A stretch of 64,000 nucleotides of DNA, taken from Lingula anatina (Eukaryota; Animalia; Brachiopoda). Location: the NCBI GenBank assembly GCA_051362555.1, contig JBPQGU010000016.1, positions 4,650,001 through 4,714,000 on the forward strand, in the 5' to 3' direction. Positions 15,001-28,528 of the stretch are shown in pieces. Position 1 is the first letter of the stretch. Every line of letters starts with the position of its first letter. The notes under the pieces are model-generated. The model did no database searches. It was not told where the DNA came from and was given only the letters and a program-made list of their open reading frames with translations. Made by a program: the position numbers and the translations under genes.

Positions 15001-18000
15001 CTACCTGGCCAAAATTGAAGAAATCTCACAGTGCCGGCACTGTTCAAAATCACTCAAAATCACCAAAAATCGACCCGTCTCCGATTTTTCCAAAAAGTGA
15101 CGAAAATCAATCTACCACACCTGTCATTCATAAAAAATGTGGAAACGCGCCCGGGTCACTTCATCAAGGCCCCCAATTCTAGCTTTAAAGATGATCCAAA
15201 AATAAGCTCTGAGAACAGAATCTGAGAGGGGGGGGGGGGGAGACAGAGTTTTTGCTCTATTTCTTCCTTAATGTTGACACCACCACTCTTCCAGCACTTT
15301 ATTCTTACTACAAATGACCGAACACACCTACCTGACACTATAATGAAGAAAAAAAATTTTCATCCCTACCTGGCCAAAATTGAAGAAATCTCACAGTGCT
15401 GGCACTGTTCAAAATCACTCAAAATCACCAAAAATCGACCCGTCTCCGATTTTTCCAAAAAGTGACGAAAATCAATCTACCACACCTGTCATTCATAAAA
15501 AATGTGGAAACGCGCCCGGGTCACTTCATCAAGGCCCCCAATTCTAGCTTTAAAGATGATCCAAAAATAAGCTCTGAGAACAGAATCTGAGAGGGGGGGA
15601 GACAGAGTTTTTGCTCTATTTCTTCCTTAATGTTGACACCACCACTCTTCCAGCACTTTATTCTTACTACAAATGACAGAACACACCTACCTGACACTAT
15701 AATGAAGAAAAAAAAATTTCATCCCTACCTGGCCAAAATTGAAGAAATCTCACAGTGCCGGCACTGTTCAAAATCACTCAAAATCACCAAAAATCGACCC
15801 GTCTCCGATTTTTCCAAAAAGTGACGAAAATCAATCTACCACACCTGTCATTCATAAAAAATGTGGAAACGCGCCCGGGTCACTTCATCAAGGCCCCCAA
15901 TTCTAGCTTTAAAGATGATCCAAAAATAAGCTCTGAGAACAGAATCTGAGAGGGGGGGGGGGGAGACAGAGTTTTTGCTCTATTTCTTCCTTAATGTTGA
16001 CACCACCACTCTTCCAGCACTTTATTCTTACTACAAATGACCGAACACACCTACCTGACACTATAATGAAGAAAAAAAATTTTCATCCCTACCTGGCCAA
16101 AATTGAAGAAATCTCACAGTGCCGGCACTGTTCAAAATCACTCAAAATCACCAAAAATCGACCACACCTGTCATTCATAAAAAATGTGGAAACGCGCCCG
16201 GGTCACTTCATCAAGGCCCCCAATTCTAGCTTTAAAGATGATCCAAAAATAAGCTCTGAGAACAGAATCTGAGAGGGGGGGGGAGACAGAGTTTTTGCTC
16301 TATTTCTTCCTTAATGTTGACACCACCACTCTTCCAGCACTTTATTCTTACTACAAATGAACGAACACACCTACCTGACACTATAATGAAGAAAAAAACT
16401 TTTCATCCCTACCTGGCCAAAATTGAAGAAATCTCACAGTGCCGGCACTGTTCAAAATCACTCAAAATCACCAAAAATCGACCCGTCTCCGATTTTTCCA
16501 AAAAGTGACGAAAATCAATCTACCACACCTGTCATTCATAAAAAATGTGGAAACGCGCCCGGGTCACTTCATCAAGGCCCCCAATTCTAGCTTTAAAGAT
16601 GATCCAAAAATAAGCTCTGAGAACAGAATCTGAGAGGGGGGGGGAGACAGAGTTTTTGCTCTATTTCTTCCTTAATGTTGACACCACCACTCTTCCAGCA
16701 CTTTATTCTTACTACAAATGACCGAACACACCTACCTGACACTATAATGAAGAAAAAAAATTTTCATCCCTACCTGGCCAAAATTGAAGAAATCTCACAG
16801 TGCCGGCACTGTTCAAAATCACTCAAAATCACCAAAAATCGACCCGTCTCCGATTTTTCCAAAAAGTGACGAAAATCAATCTACCACACCTGTCATTCAT
16901 AAAAAATGTGGAAACGCGCCCGGGTCACTTCATCAAGGCCCCCAATTCTAGCTTTAAAGATGATCCAAAAATAAGCTCTGAGAACAGAATCTGAGAGGGG
17001 GGGGGGAGACAGAGTTTTTGCTCTATTTCTTCCTTAATGTTGACACCACCACTCTTCCAGCACTTTATTCTTACTACAAATAACCGAACACACCTACCTG
17101 ACACTATAATGAAGAAAAAAAATTTTCATCCCTACCTGGCCAAAATTGAAGAAATCTCACAGTGCCGGCACTGTTCAAAATCACTCAAAATCACCAAAAA
17201 TCGACCCGTCTCCGATTTTTCCAAAAAGTGACGAAAATCAATCTACCACACCTGTCATTCATAAAAAATGTGGAAACGCGCCCGGGTCACTTCATCAAGG
17301 CCCCCAATTCTAGCTTTAAAGATGATCCAAAAATAAGCTCTGAGAACAGAATCTGAGAGGGGGGGAGACAGAGTTTTTGCTCTATTTCTTCCTTAATGTT
17401 GACACCACCACTCTTCCAGCACTTTATTCTTACTACAAATGACAGAACACACCTACCTGACACTATAATGAAGAAAAAAAATTTTCATCCCTACCTGGCC
17501 AAAATTGAAGAAATCTCACAGTGCCGGCACTGTTCAAAATCACTCAAAATCACCAAAAATCGACCCGTCTCCGATTTTTCCAAAAAGTGACGAAAATCAA
17601 TCTACCACACCTGTCATTCATAAAAAATGTGGAAACGCGCCCGGGTCACTTCATCAAGGCCCCCAATTCTAGCTTTAAAGATGATCCAAAAATAAGCTCT
17701 GAGAACAGAATCTGAGAGGGGGGGGAGACAGAGTTTTTGCTCTATTTCTTCCTTAATGTTGACACCACCACTCTTCCAGCACTTTATTCTTACTACAAAT
17801 GACAGAACACACCTACCTGACACTATAATGAAGAAAAAAAAATTTCATCCCTACCTGGCCAAAATTGAAGAAATCTCACAGTGCCGGCACTGTTCAAAAT
17901 CACTCAAAATCACCAAAAATCGACCCGTCTCCGATTTTTCCAAAAAGTGACGAAAATCAATCTACCACACCTGTCATTCATAAAAAATGTGGAAACGCGC

Positions 18001-21000
18001 CCGGGTCACTTCATCAAGGCCCCCAATTCTAGCTTTAAAGATGATCCAAAAATAAGCTCTGAGAACAGAATCTGAGAGGGGGGGGGGGGGGAGACAGAGT
18101 TTTTGCTCTATTTCTTCCTTAATGTTGACACCACCACTCTTCCAGCACTTTATTCTTACTACAAATGACCGAACACACCTACCTGACACTATAATGAAGA
18201 AAAAAAATTTTCATCCCTACCTGGCCAAAATTGAAGAAATCTCACAGTGCTGGCACTGTTCAAAATCACTCAAAATCACCAAAAATCGACCCGTCTCCGA
18301 TTTTTCCAAAAAGTGACGAAAATCAATCTACCACACCTGTCATTCATAAAAAATGTGGAAACGCGCCCGGGTCACTTCATCAAGGCCCCCAATTCTAGCT
18401 TTAAAGATGATCCAAAAATAAGCTCTGAGAACAGAATCTGAGAGGGGGGGGGGGGGAGACAGAGTTTTTGCTCTATTTCTTCCTTAATGTTGACACCACC
18501 ACTCTTCCAGCACTTTATTCTTACTACAAATGACCGAACACACCTACCTGACACTATAATGAAGAAAAAAAATTTTCATCCCTACCTGGCCAAAATTGAA
18601 GAAATCTCACAGTGCCGGCACTGTTCAAAATCACTCAAAATCACCAAAAATCGACCCGTCTCCGATTTTTCCAAAAAGTGACGAAAATCAATCTACCACA
18701 CCTGTCATTCATAAAAAATGTGGAAACGCGCCCGGGTCACTTCATCAAGGCCCCCAATTCTAGCTTTAAAGATGATCCAAAAATAAGCTCTGAGAACAGA
18801 ATCTGAGAGGGGGGGGGAGACAGAGTTTTTGCTCTATTTCTTCCTTAATGTTGACACCACCACTCTTCCAGCACTTTATTCTTACTACAAATGACCGAAC
18901 ACACCTACCTGACACTATAATGAAGAAAAAAAATTTTCATCCCTACCTGGCCAAAATTGAAGAAATCTCACAGTGCCGGCACTGTTCAAAATCACTCAAA
19001 ATCACCAAAAATCGACCCGTCTCCGATTTTTCCAAAAAGTGACGAAAATCAATCTACCACACCTGTCATTCATAAAAAATGTGGAAACGCGCCCGGGTCA
19101 CTTCATCAAGGCCCCCAATTCTAGCTTTAAAGATGATCCAAAAATAAGCTCTGAGAACAGAATCTGAGAGGGGGGGGGGAGACAGAGTTTTTGCTCTATT
19201 TCTTCCTTAATGTTGACACCACCACTCTTCCAGCACTTTATTCTTACTACAAATAACCGAACACACCTACCTGACACTATAATGAAGAAAAAAAATTTTC
19301 ATCCCTACCTGGCCAAAATTGAAGAAATCTCACAGTGCCGGCACTGTTCAAAATCACTCAAAATCACCAAAAATCGACCCGTCTCCGATTTTTCCAAAAA
19401 GTGACGAAATTCAATCTACCACACCTGTCATTCATAAAAAATGTGGAAACGCGCCCGGGTCACTTCATCAAGGCCCCCAATTCTAGCTTTAAAGATGATC
19501 CAAAAATAAGCTCTGAGAACAGAATCTGAGAGGGGGGGAGACAGAGTTTTTGCTCTATTTCTTCCTTAATGTTGACACCACCACTCTTCCAGCACTTTAT
19601 TCTTACTACAAATGACAGAACACACCTACCTGACACTATAATGAAGAAAAAAAATTTTCATCCCTACCTGGCCAAAATTGAAGAAATCTCACAGTGCCGG
19701 CACTGTTCAAAATCACTCAAAATCACCAAAAATCGACCCGTCTCCGATTTTTCCAAAAAGTGACGAAAATCAATCTACCACACCTGTCATTCATAAAAAA
19801 TGTGGAAACGCGCCCGGGTCACTTCATCAAGGCCCCCAATTCTAGCTTTAAAGATGATCCAAAAATAAGCTCTGAGAACAGAATCTGAGAGGGGGGGAGA
19901 CAGAGTTTTTGCTCTATTTCTTCCTTAATGTTGACACCACCACTCTTCCAGCACTTTATTCTTACTACAAATGACAGAACACACCTACCTGACACTATAA
20001 TGAAGAAAAAAAAATTTCATCCCTACCTGGCCAAAATTGAAGAAATCTCACAGTGCCGGCACTGTTCAAAATCACTCAAAATCACCAAAAATCGACCCGT
20101 CTCCGATTTTTCCAAAAAGTGACGAAAATCAATCTACCACACCTGTCATTCATAAAAAATGTGGAAACGCGCCCGGGTCACTTCATCAAGGCCCCCAATT
20201 CTAGCTTTAAAGATGATCCAAAAATAAGCTCTGAGAACAGAATCTGAGAGGGGGGGGGGGGGAGACAGAGTTTTTGCTCTATTTCTTCCTTAATGTTGAC
20301 ACCACCACTCTTCCAGCACTTTATTCTTACTACAAATGACCGAACACACCTACCTGACACTATAATGAAGAAAAAAAATTTTCATCCCTACCTGGCCAAA
20401 ATTGAAGAAATCTCACAGTGCTGGCACTGTTCAAAATCACTCAAAATCACCAAAAATCGACCCGTCTCCGATTTTTCCAAAAAGTGACGAAAATCAATCT
20501 ACCACACCTGTCATTCATAAAAAATGTGGAAACGCGCCCGGGTCACTTCATCAAGGCCCCCAATTCTAGCTTTAAAGATGATCCAAAAATAAGCTCTGAG
20601 AACAGAATCTGAGAGGGGGGGGGGGAGACAGAGTTTTTGCTCTATTTCTTCCTTAATGTTGACACCACCACTCTTCCAGCACTTTATTCTTACTACAAAT
20701 GACCGAACACACCTACCTGACACTATAATGAAGAAAAAAAATTTTCATCCCTACCTGGCCAAAATTGAAGAAATCTCACAGTGCTGGCACTGTTCAAAAT
20801 CACTCAAAATCACCAAAAATCGACCCGTCTCCGATTTTTCCAAAAAGTGACGAAAATCAATCTACCACACCTGTCATTCATAAAAAATGTGGAAACGCGC
20901 CCGGGTCACTTCATCAAGGCCCCCAATTCTAGCTTTAAAGATGATCCAAAAATAAGCTCTGAGAACAGAATCTGAGAGGGGGGGGGGAGACAGAGTTTTT

Positions 21001-22574
21001 GCTCTATTTCTTCCTTAATGTTGACACCACCACTCTTCCAGCACTTTATTCTTACTACAAATGACAGAACACACCTACCTGACACTATAATGAAGAAAAA
21101 AAATTTTCATCCCTACCTGGCCAAAATTGAAGAAATCTCACAGTGCCGGCACTGTTCAAAATCACTCAAAATCACCAAAAATCGACCCGTCTCCGATTTT
21201 TCCAAAAAGTGACGAAAATCAATCTACCACACCTGTCATTCATAAAAAATGTGGAAACGCGCCCGGGTCACTTCATCAAGGCCCCCAATTCTAGCTTTAA
21301 AGATGATCCAAAAATAAGCTCTGAGAACAGAATCTGAGAGGGGGGGAGACAGAGTTTTTGCTCTATTTCTTCCTTAATGTTGACACCACCACTCTTCCAG
21401 CACTTTATTCTTACTACAAATGACAGAACACACCTACCTGACACTATAATGAAGAAAAAAAAATTTCATCCCTACCTGGCCAAAATTGAAGAAATCTCAC
21501 AGTGCCGGCACTGTTCAAAATCACTCAAAATCACCAAAAATCGACCCGTCTCCGATTTTTCCAAAAAGTGACGAAAATCAATCTACCACACCTGTCATTC
21601 ATAAAAAATGTGGAAACGCGCCCGGGTCACTTCATCAAGGCCCCCAATTCTAGCTTTAAAGATGATCCAAAAATAAGCTCTGAGAACAGAATCTGAGAGG
21701 GGGGGGGGGGGGAGACAGAGTTTTTGCTCTATTTCTTCCTTAATGTTGACACCACCACTCTTCCAGCACTTTATTCTTACTACAAATGACCGAACACACC
21801 TACCTGACACTATAATGAAGAAAAAAAATTTTCATCCCTACCTGGCCAAAATTGAAGAAATCTCACAGTGCTGGCACTGTTCAAAATCACTCAAAATCAC
21901 CAAAAATCGACCCGTCTCCGATTTTTCCAAAAAGTGACGAAAATCAATCTACCACACCTGTCATTCATAAAAAATGTGGAAACGCGCCCGGGTCACTTCA
22001 TCAAGGCCCCCAATTCTAGCTTTAAAGATGATCCAAAAATAAGCTCTGAGAACAGAATCTGAGAGGGGGGGGGGGAGACAGAGTTTTTGCTCTATTTCTT
22101 CCTTAATGTTGACACCACCACTCTTCCAGCACTTTATTCTTACTACAAATGACCGAACACACCTACCTGACACTATAATGAAGAAAAAAAATTTTCATCC
22201 CTACCTGGCCAAAATTGAAGAAATCTCACAGTGCTGGCACTGTTCAAAATCACTCAAAATCACCAAAAATCGACCCGTCTCCGATTTTTCCAAAAAGTGA
22301 TGAAAATCAATCTACCACACCTGTCATTCATAAAAAATGTGGAAACGCGCCCGGGTCACTTCATCAAGGCCCCCAATTCTAGCTTTAAAGATGATCCAAA
22401 AATAAGCTCTGAGAACAGAATCTGAGAGGGGGGGGGGAGACAGAGTTTTTGCTCTATTTCTTCCTTAATGTTGACACCACCACTCTTCCAGCACTTTATT
22501 CTTACTACAAATGACCGAACACACCTACCTGACACTATAATGAAGAAAAAAAATTTTCATCCCTACCTGGCCAA
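1..22574. repeat. Satellite DNA array (left), ~360-bp monomer, ~63 copies, open at window start
   Basis: Near-identical head-to-tail units recur every ~358-368 bp; length varies with a poly-G tract (G6-G17). Eight copies lack 41 bp. The array ends abruptly at ...cctacctggccaa|ttacgg. Confidence 0.99.
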
Positions 22575-23745
22575 TTACGGACTGTTATAGACGAATGAAG
22601 TTCTGCGTGAAAAATTAGTGATTGTTTTCAGTTTTTTTCCTGACAATTTTTTGTGTGTTGCTAGTGGTTAATTTGGTGTCAAGTACCAGGTTGGGGCCTA
22701 AATTGCTTCTTATTTTTGGGCGAGACCTGGCTCAGTGCTGTACAGTTTCGAACATCTGGCGGAGGGAGCTTACGACTGTGAGCAGTGCAGTGGTTTGTTT
22801 ACAAACAAGAGAATGCACATGTTCAATTACAGTACTGCCGGTATGAAAAGCAACTTTTTGACACTTACGTTTTGTGGCATTGGGAGTTACGTCAGTGAGT
22901 CTGCTGTCTATGAGAATAGGAAATGTTTCACCAAAATATTCTGTTCATGCAGTTTTGCAGGAATTTTTTAGTGCGGCCGTCAATATCTCCGGAGCTACAA
23001 AGCTGAATGACTTCTCACTGAATGCAGCTCGATAGAATTAGTCCCAAAAACATCTTTCATAAAATTTATAATTCTACAGAAATAGGGAGATTTTTTGCTC
23101 TGTTTAATAATTACATGAAAACTTATGTGGCGAAGGGAGTCACCGGGGTGTTTTGTCATGGGAATTAAAAAAATTATGCATTTATGCTCCTCTCTGTACA
23201 AACCTATGTACTTTTTGGAGTAGAATTGCAGTAGGCTATTCTGCAAATATGCTCCCGCCGCTTTGCTACTTCGATACTACTGCATTTTCGTGCGGGTAAC
23301 TAAAAAGAAATATGTAATTATTAAAGGTGGGGGTGCAAATGTGTGTGCCTAGATACACAGCAGCTAAGAAATTCCTTAACCCGGGACATCTGTTATCACC
23401 TTGCCTTGGTCAACTACTAGAGGTAAAAATGTGCAGACGCAAGACCCAAACTACCATCCTACTACCTACTACTAACTAACCAGACTAATTTCCTATAAAC
23501 TAAGCGTTGATGTATTACCAAAAAGTTAATACCACCACTAAAACAAACCATTTGCTACATAAATACAATTAATTATCTTAATTGAAGTTTGGTGGTTTCC
23601 GTTGTTATCATGATGTGTCAAACAATCAGTTTGAAAAAGAAACTGATTGTTGAAGAAATTTGCCCGTAGCTCCTTATTATTAGGCCTCACATTTTAGAAT
23701 AAATTACATTTATGTACTAATATTAGGATTTAAAACAAACTCTAA

Positions 23746-23942
23746 GTGCAAGAATCACACTGCGACACACCAGTTTGGAACTCTTTCTTTACCAGAACAG
23801 TCTCCGAGTGGAATGAACGAAGTGACCAACAAGTTACTGCTGAAACTGTGGAAGGCTTTAGATCCGGCCTACACCGTCATTTCCCATGCGCTCCCTCTTC
23901 CCGTCTATCATATACCAGCAGTTTTTTTTAAGATACAGATAG
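23746..23942 (+). mobile_element. 3' fragment of a CR1/L2-type LINE (ORF2 C-terminus and tail)
   Basis: Translation NSFFTRTVSEWNE...VTAETVEGFRSGL resembles the CR1/L2 ORF2 C-terminal motif SFFPRTxxEWNxLP...FK. It is followed by a short UTR ending in agatacagatag. Confidence 0.75.
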
Positions 23943-23946
23943 GTAC

Positions 23947-24020
23947 CATGTGGCGGATCCAGGGGCGGATCCAGGAATATTTTAAGGGGGCGGGCCGACC
24001 CCGCCCCCCCCCCCCCTCCC
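23947..24020 (+). mobile_element. Left-end fragment of a hAT-like (Tip100-type terminus) MITE
   Basis: catgtggcggatccaggggcggatccagga followed by G and C runs; same terminus type as the copies at 41214 and 44896. Confidence 0.5.
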
Positions 24021-24328
24021 TGTACAGACAGCTTGTTCAAAATATACTATAAGAGAATGTTTACAACTGCTGATTCCCTGTGTTTACAGATCACGAAATT
24101 AATATGCGCCAGCAGGGCCATATCACCGTCGTTATTCGGATATTGATTTGTTCTTGATTTGTTTGAGCTTCTTTGTTCAGGCGAGGGTGAGGACCACTGC
24201 TAAGTCCATTCCTGATCCCAAATTAAGCGATATTGAAAACTCTGTTTCTGAGTGAGTGTCTTTTAAATGTGCTTAAATATCTCCAATAGATCTTATCAAA
24301 CATATTTATATACAGGTACATGTATATA

Positions 24329-25995
24329 CAGCATTGGTCAAAAAGGTTGTCCCACCCCCATTTCCATGTACTTTTATTTACAAATGATACGCCTCACAGC
24401 TGTGAACTGTTTGAAATAGTTCTTTTTATCACGGATACCGTGTCTAACATGATTAATGGTTAAAAAAATAAAAAATAGTGGTGAAAATATACATATTTTA
24501 TACCATTTAGTAAAATTTATAAGAGGTACCCCCTCAAATCGACTGTTTCACTGTTACTTCTACAGATGTAAAGAAATGTCTATAAAATTGAAAAGGTTCC
24601 ATCAAATGTCACCAAATTCACACACAATTAGCATTAGGGTGTGCTCGTTAAAGATCACGTGCCTAACAGCGTGTGCGTCTACCGCGTACTGCAATTATCT
24701 CCTGTAGACGGCGCGACAAGCCTTCAACATGGGTAACAATTCTGTTATGTGGGATATTGTCCCATTCATCCTAAAGAGCGTGGCGGAATTGGTCAAGATT
24801 ATTTAGGAATTGGTTCTCCTCTGCAATGCACATTCCAATTTATGCCACAGGTGCTCAGTAGGATTAATATCAGGACTCAAAGACGGTTGTCCCATCCTCA
24901 GAGCCCTGTGTTTCTGCAACAAATCGTTTGCCAGACGAGAGCTGTGAGCAAGTGCGTCGTCACAATGAAGCCAGTAGTATCCCTGAAGTCACCTCTTGCA
25001 AATGGAATGAGATTTCTGTTGAGAATGTTACATCAAAATGCCCCTGTTACGTTTTGTTCCAAAAGGAACAATGTACTAATACCATGGGCTTGGAATGTTC
25101 TCCAAATGCGGATTGATCTAACACCTCAGGCGATATTATCCTGCACGCACCCTTCCAAGAGGCATTTTTTAACATGTCTATGGACCCTCTTTGACCATCG
25201 ATGGGATACAAGAAATAATTTGATTCTGCATCAAAATCAACTTCCTTCCAGTGATGGATGGCCAGGTTCAGGTGCCTGTGGGATCACTGAACGTAGCATT
25301 CTCAGCTGATATCTCATTCCATCTTCAAGAACTGACTTTGGGGTTAACTTCAGGCTTTATCATGACTGCACACTTGCTCACACCTCTCGCCTGGCAACTG
25401 TTTGTTGAAGAAACATAATGGTCTAAGGATGGAACCACCATCTTTGAGCCCTGATATCAAACTTACTAATCAACTGTGACATGTATTGGAGTGTGCAATG
25501 CAAAGGAGAACCAACCCCATAAAAACGTGGACCAACTCCCCCAACTTGTTTGAGAAGAAGAATACAATATCCCACAAAACAGAATTGTAACCCGAGTTGA
25601 AGGCTTGTCGCGCCGTCTACAGGAAATAATTGCAGTACGCGGTAGACGCACACGCTGTTAGGCACGTGATCTTTAATGAGCACACCCTAATGCTAATTGT
25701 GTGTGAATTTGGTGACATTTGATGGCGTCTTTTTAATTTTATAGTCATTTCTTTACATCTTTAGAAGTCACAGTGAAACAGTCGATTTGAGGGGGTACCT
25801 CTTATAAATTTTACTAAATGGTATAAAATATGTATATTTTCACCACTATTTTGTATTTTTTTAAACCATTAATCATGTTAGACACGGTATACGTAATAAA
25901 AAACACTATTTCTAACAATTAACAGCTGTTAGGTGATCATTTGTAAATAAAAGTACATGGAAATGGGGGTGGGACAACCTTTTTGACCAATGCTG
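24329..25995. mobile_element. Non-autonomous Tc1/mariner-type fold-back element, 1667 bp
   Basis: TA|CAGCATTGGTCAAAAAGGTTGTCCCACCCCCATTTCCATGTAC ... exact reverse complement|TA. Inverted similarity extends ~690 bp. Degenerate Tc1 transposase C-terminus (SPDIK..., NIPQNRIVTRVEGLSRRLQEIIAVRGRRTRC*) is present in both arms. Confidence 0.92.
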
Positions 25996-26465
25996 TATAA
26001 GGGTTGCTTTGCATTCTTTGCATTTGAAAAAGGGCACATACTTTAATAACATTATTACAATAATCTATTTTAATTTTGATAAAAAAACTTAATCAAAAAC
26101 TTTATTGCAAATGTGTTATTTAAACTTTATGGATTAAATGGATTAATCTAAAATTTTAACTAAATGCGTGTTTTGTTTCTATATCAAGTGTACCCATGTC
26201 CACAAGTAGAAGCGGTGGATGGAAGCAGTGGTTCTGATGTTCTGGTTGTGACCAGTAGGCCTAAACCACAGCAGGGACTTAATTGCTATAAAGCAGACCG
26301 ACATACATCTCTAAACAGATGGAACTTATATTGTCTTTCATTAAATAACATAGAGCTTTACATTTAAAGGCAAGACACACTTTGAGAAGGAGTAAGATGA
26401 AAATAACATGGGTTGGCATCCTAAAATATAATTTGAGTATGACTTATTACCCTCTATTCCTTTGG

Positions 26466-26469
<4 letters not shown>

Positions 26470-26550
<81 letters not shown>
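26470..26550. repeat. (TA)n microsatellite, ~40 units
   Basis: Directly visible. Confidence 0.99.
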
Positions 26551-26552
<2 letters not shown>

Positions 26553-26761
26553 ACAAAAGGAACATGAACAATTTTATTTCTTAGAGGGGGGGGGTACCTA
26601 TTCAGCTGATAGCAGTGAAAATCCATGCCAAGTCTGGTCGATCAATGTAGACCTGTGGTGTCTATAGGAATGTGCCCTAAATCCCACCAAGTGTTGTTTT
26701 AGGAATTATCGCACCACATACTTATGATGTCCGTGTTTCGATATATCCCATTTATTCATAG

Positions 26762-27435
26762 TTGATGGCAGAATGGACAGCCCAGGACATAGTGCACAAT
26801 ATTGCGCGAGCAGGGGATGTGTTGGAAGCAGAAGTTGTAAGGAAGAAAGAAACCAAGCTGAGTAGCTCTGTAATGGAGAAGGAAGGGTTTGTCAGGGCTA
26901 TGGATTTCCTGAAAAAAAAAGGAATCAGTGCAACAGAAGTGGTCAAAGATGCCCTTGTTGCACACTTAAGTACAAAGTGCTGTTTAGGTCTTACTTTAAT
27001 AATTAGAAAGCAAATTTAGTATGTGAAATGTATCTACATGTATGTGATTATTTACTTGCAATTCTTGCTATTTTTTTGTTATATCTCTCTATATATTTAG
27101 CTAAATTTTTCTTATTTCAGAAAAAAAAATGAATCGGGATAAAACATTCGTGGGACATTTGGCATGGGGCAAAAATCTTGGAAAGAAGATAATCACTGTG
27201 AGTAGATATGCATGAGAACAACACAAACTATTGCACCATTTTCCATATCTTCAGGTAGAAAAAATAAATGAGTTTTTTCCATCATGGACATTTTCCTTTT
27301 TAATAGAGTTATGCATTAAGAATTAAATAGCTGTCTTGCAATTTTATATTTTAGGCTGAACAGACAAGGAGGACAAGAGATCTGGTTGCATGGACCAAAG
27401 GCATATTACACTCTCACTTTTGGGAATGTGAGCAA
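26762..27435 (+). pseudogene. Decayed intron-containing Kolobok-type DDE transposase (three exon relics)
   Basis: After an AG acceptor: DGRMDSPGHSAQYC, then after a frameshift MEKEGFVRAMDFLKKKGISATEVVKDA. Exon 27121-27197 (tttcag/gtgagt) gives KHSWDIWHGAKNLGKKI. Exon from 27355 gives AEQTRRTRDLVAWTKGI..HFWEC. Motif order matches Kolobok transposases (GDGRxDSPGHSAxYC, MEKEG, TDxH, DxWH, NHFW). Confidence 0.78.
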
Positions 27436-28379
27436 GACCACAGATAATATTTGTTGAGATAATTCTGCAGTTTAGTGTTGTGTTTATTTATTTATTCACC
27501 ATTTAGATATTGCTCCGGCATCTCAAACTTTTTTAAATCAACGGAAAGAATTCTTTTTTTTTTTTGGTACTTTCGTTTGGCCTTTCTTCAGCACCGTTTA
27601 TTTTTAGTAAAATACTTAGACGTTTAGTTGGGTATTGGAGAAAAATGGAATCCCCATTGTTGTTTATTTAGATGACGGTATTGTGTCTGAAAATTCTCTA
27701 GAAAAATATATTACATTTAAAACTACATTCTAAAAAAATTAAAATGGATCTGTTTAAAGCAGATTTTGTTTTAAACATTGAAAAAAGTAAATTAGAACCA
27801 GTCAACAAATTGGAATGGTTGGGGATTATTTGGGACATGGAAGTAAGGGGATTGTTTATTCCCGAAAGAAGGCTTTCTACATGTACTAGTAATACTCTGT
27901 GTCTTTTAGACGAATTGGTTTCAGATTTACCGTATATAACAGCTATAAAATTGGCGAGGGTTACAGGTAAAATTATTTCTGTTTTATTATTATGTCTCCA
28001 TTGATTGGAAATGTATCTAGATAAATAACTAGAGGAAGTATTGGGATTTTAATATTAATATTAAAGACGAATGTCTTGCATTAAAGAATTAATTTTTGGA
28101 AAGACAATTTAGTTTTCTTTTTTTTTTTTTTAATGAGAAAAGTCTACGTGTACAAAGCTTGCCTAGTAAGTTAAAAACGGTCTATTCAGATGCCAGAAAA
28201 CCCGGTTTGGGACCATTTGTTTTAAATACGAATAAGTTTTTCATATTTAAAGGGATTTAAAGTAGATGAATAATTGGTCATCTGTTTATAGAATTTAAAA
28301 CTCACTTTCTTCGAAGGAGAGATAAACAGACGATCACTGGATCATTGATATAATGGAGATGGCTTTGTTTATGTATTTC

Positions 28380-28528
28380 TTAGACCGATTTTGATGAATT
28401 TTTCAGGAACTGTACGAAGTGGGCCAAGGAAGAGATGATTATTTTTTGGTGGTGATCCGGATCAATAATCAATCAAAAATCAATAATAATAAAAAATCGC
28501 TGCCTTGGCGGAGGTCTGCGCTCTAGTT
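28380..28528 (+). mobile_element. 3' fragment of a non-autonomous Helitron/Helentron-like element inside the DIRS relic
   Basis: accgattttgatgaattttt ... ttttggtggtgatccggatc ... gccttggcggaggtctgcgctctagtt; recognised as the terminal text of widespread metazoan DINE-1/HINE-like elements; ends in CTAGT. Confidence 0.62.

Noticed and set aside
1-22574. Satellite as a CRISPR array or a tandem RNA gene cluster (5S, tRNA, snRNA, SL RNA)
   Set aside because: There are no unique spacers or cas genes and no recognisable 5S, tRNA or snRNA sequence. Sm-like aattttgg and caggtagg on the minus strand are short and not arranged as in SL RNA. An Rfam/Infernal search would settle it.
23321-23340. ttaa-aggtgggggtgca (and ttaa-ggtggtacaggaca at ~44482) as Kolobok termini
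   Set aside because: They fit TTAA+RR starts, but no convincing matching opposite end was found.
24749-25309. 186-aa plus-strand ORF
   Set aside because: It is the antisense frame of the decayed Tc1 transposase.
26341-26571. YIYIYI ORFs
   Set aside because: Translation of the (TA)n microsatellite.
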